A stretch of 64,000 nt of DNA, taken from assembly GCA_030390025.1 (NCBI GenBank), contig CM059432.1, forward strand, positions 37,698,001-37,762,000. The letters are read 5' to 3'. A model generated the notes under the pieces. That model saw only the letters and a list, made by a program, of their open reading frames with translations. It made no database searches and was not told where the DNA came from. This document shows, piece after piece, positions 62,501 to 64,000 of this stretch; position 1 is the stretch's first letter; each line of letters starts with the position of its first letter. This stretch comes from Squalus acanthias. Taxonomy: Eukaryota. The position numbers were made by a program, and so were the translations under genes.

Positions 62501-64000
62501 ATCTTCGATGTGAAGATCCTTTCTCACTACCGTCCTTATGTCATACTTTATTATCAGGGCTACCTCCTTCCTTTTTCATTCTGCCTGTCTTTTCAAAACA
62601 TCAAGTACCCTGGACTATTTAGTTTCCTGGTCAACTTTGCAACCACATCTCTGTAATGACTATTAGATCAAAGCTATTTATCTCTATTTGTGCGACTAAT
62701 TCGTCTATCTTGTTATGAATGCTTCGTGCATTCAGCTAAAGAGCCTTTAATTTTAACTTTTTACCATTATTCCCTCTTTCACCTTATTCGCTGTTGCACT
62801 GTTACCGTTAAACTCTCTGTCCCTTCCTGTCACACTCTGCTTATCTTTACCCAAATCGCTACACTGCTCCATTGCCTTGACTTTTCTCTTTAGATTTCTA
62901 AATTTCCCCTCACCTGACCCCTCCCCCTCCCCTTTTTTAGTTTAAAGCCTTATCTACAGGCCTAGTTATTTGATTCGCCAGGACACTGGTCCCAACCCGG
63001 TTTAAGTGGCGCCCGTCCCAACGGAACAGCTCCCTCTTTCCCCAGTACCCATTAATCGAAACCCGTTCCTCCCACAGCAATCTTTGAGGCACACATTTAA
63101 CTCTCTGATCTGCTTGTCCCTATGCCAATTTGTGCGTGGCTCAGGTAACCATCCAGAGATTATTACCTTTGATGTTCTGCATTTTAATTTGGACCCTAGC
63201 TCCTCAAACTCTCTCAGTAGAACCTCATTCCTAGTTCTACCTATGTTTGGTTCCTATGTGGACCATGACAACTGGATCCTCCCCTTCCCACTCCAAATTC
63301 TTCTCCAGCCACGAGGAAATATCCTTAACCCTGGCACCGGGCAAGCAACACAACCTTCGGAACTCCCGGTCACTGCTACAGAGAACAGTATCTATCCTCC
63401 TGACTATACTGTCCCCTACCACAACTACATTCCCTTTCACTCCCCCCACTTGAATGGCCTCCTGTACCACGGTGCGTGCTCAGTTTGCTCATCCACCCTG
63501 CAGACTCTGCCCTCATCCAAACAGGGAGCAAGAACCTCATAACTGTTGGATAAGGGCAAAGCCCGAGGCTCCTGCAGCACTGCACCTGGGTTCCCCTTAC
63601 CTGCCTGAGTCGCAGTCACAGCCCTCCTGTCCCTGACCACTAACCAGACCTGTACCACTACCTAACCTAAGGGGTGTGACTGCCTCCTGGATCAAAGTGT
63701 CCAGGTAACTCTCCCCCTCCCTGATTCCCCGCAATGTCTGGAGCTCGGACTCCAGCTCTGAGCTGAAATTCCTTGAGATGCAGACGCTTACTGCAGACGT
63801 GGTCGTTCGGGATCGCGATGCTCTCCACAAACTCCCACATGCTGCAGTTGCAGCACACCACCTGCACTGCCATCCCTATATAACCTTGTTTTATATATTT
63901 ATTTTAATTAATTAGAGTTTATGTATTTAATTAACTAATTACTTGATCTAGTTGAAGTTATAGGTAGATTAAATTAAATATTTACCTGTAACACAAAGCA
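59593..64000 (-). mobile_element. Near-full-length HER1-like CR1 LINE (ORF1 about 63873-62940, ORF2 about 62740-59696), frameshifted; 5' UTR runs off the window end
   Basis: ORF1 has MAVQVVCCNCSMWEF and VVVGDSIVRRID. APE motif GDFNLHIDW. RT motifs SPGPDGLH, YLDFQKAFD, GVPQGSVLGP and KFADD. HER1 tail. Confidence 0.95.
60113..60424 (+). mobile_element. Full-length HE1-like V-SINE nested in the LINE
   Basis: tRNA head with A and B boxes, V-domain and CR1-like tail. Splits the LINE sequence cccagta|tactccagg. Confidence 0.93.

Overview
Eukaryotic, repeat-rich intronic DNA, most likely from a shark or other elasmobranch. This is inferred from HE1-like V-SINEs, HER1-like CR1 LINEs and SacSINE1-like Deu-SINEs recognised by eye. 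The whole window lies inside the + strand gene CABLES1. Four internal GT-AG exons (9030-9107, 33176-33281, 38915-39071, 44818-44921) splice in frame to IVLISGKRSFCSVFSVMPYRDNSQTG-DMKTEGGRQRHPSGGVGAKEVVIGLEGVELGADGK-TVSYTQFLYPTNVLGGRRNTIDSTASLSQFRNSSHRNLPLGRANSSQGSIDTG-SEVGELAEYDPNLLDDPQWPCGKHKRVLIFPSYM. The flanking exons were not found in the window. The introns hold two near-full-length CR1 LINEs with zinc-finger plus SGNH-esterase ORF1, many truncated CR1 and L2 copies, three SINE families, three fossil PIF/Harbinger transposases with several probable Harbinger MITEs, and two Tc1/mariner-type MITEs. They also hold a young Penelope-like insertion with a 14-bp TSD and a perfect 117-bp inverted repeat, each arm carrying a minimal hammerhead-ribozyme-like motif. 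Almost all long ORFs in the supplied track are transposon-derived or spurious. Repeat family names and many repeat boundaries are approximate. I found no convincing wholly new system.
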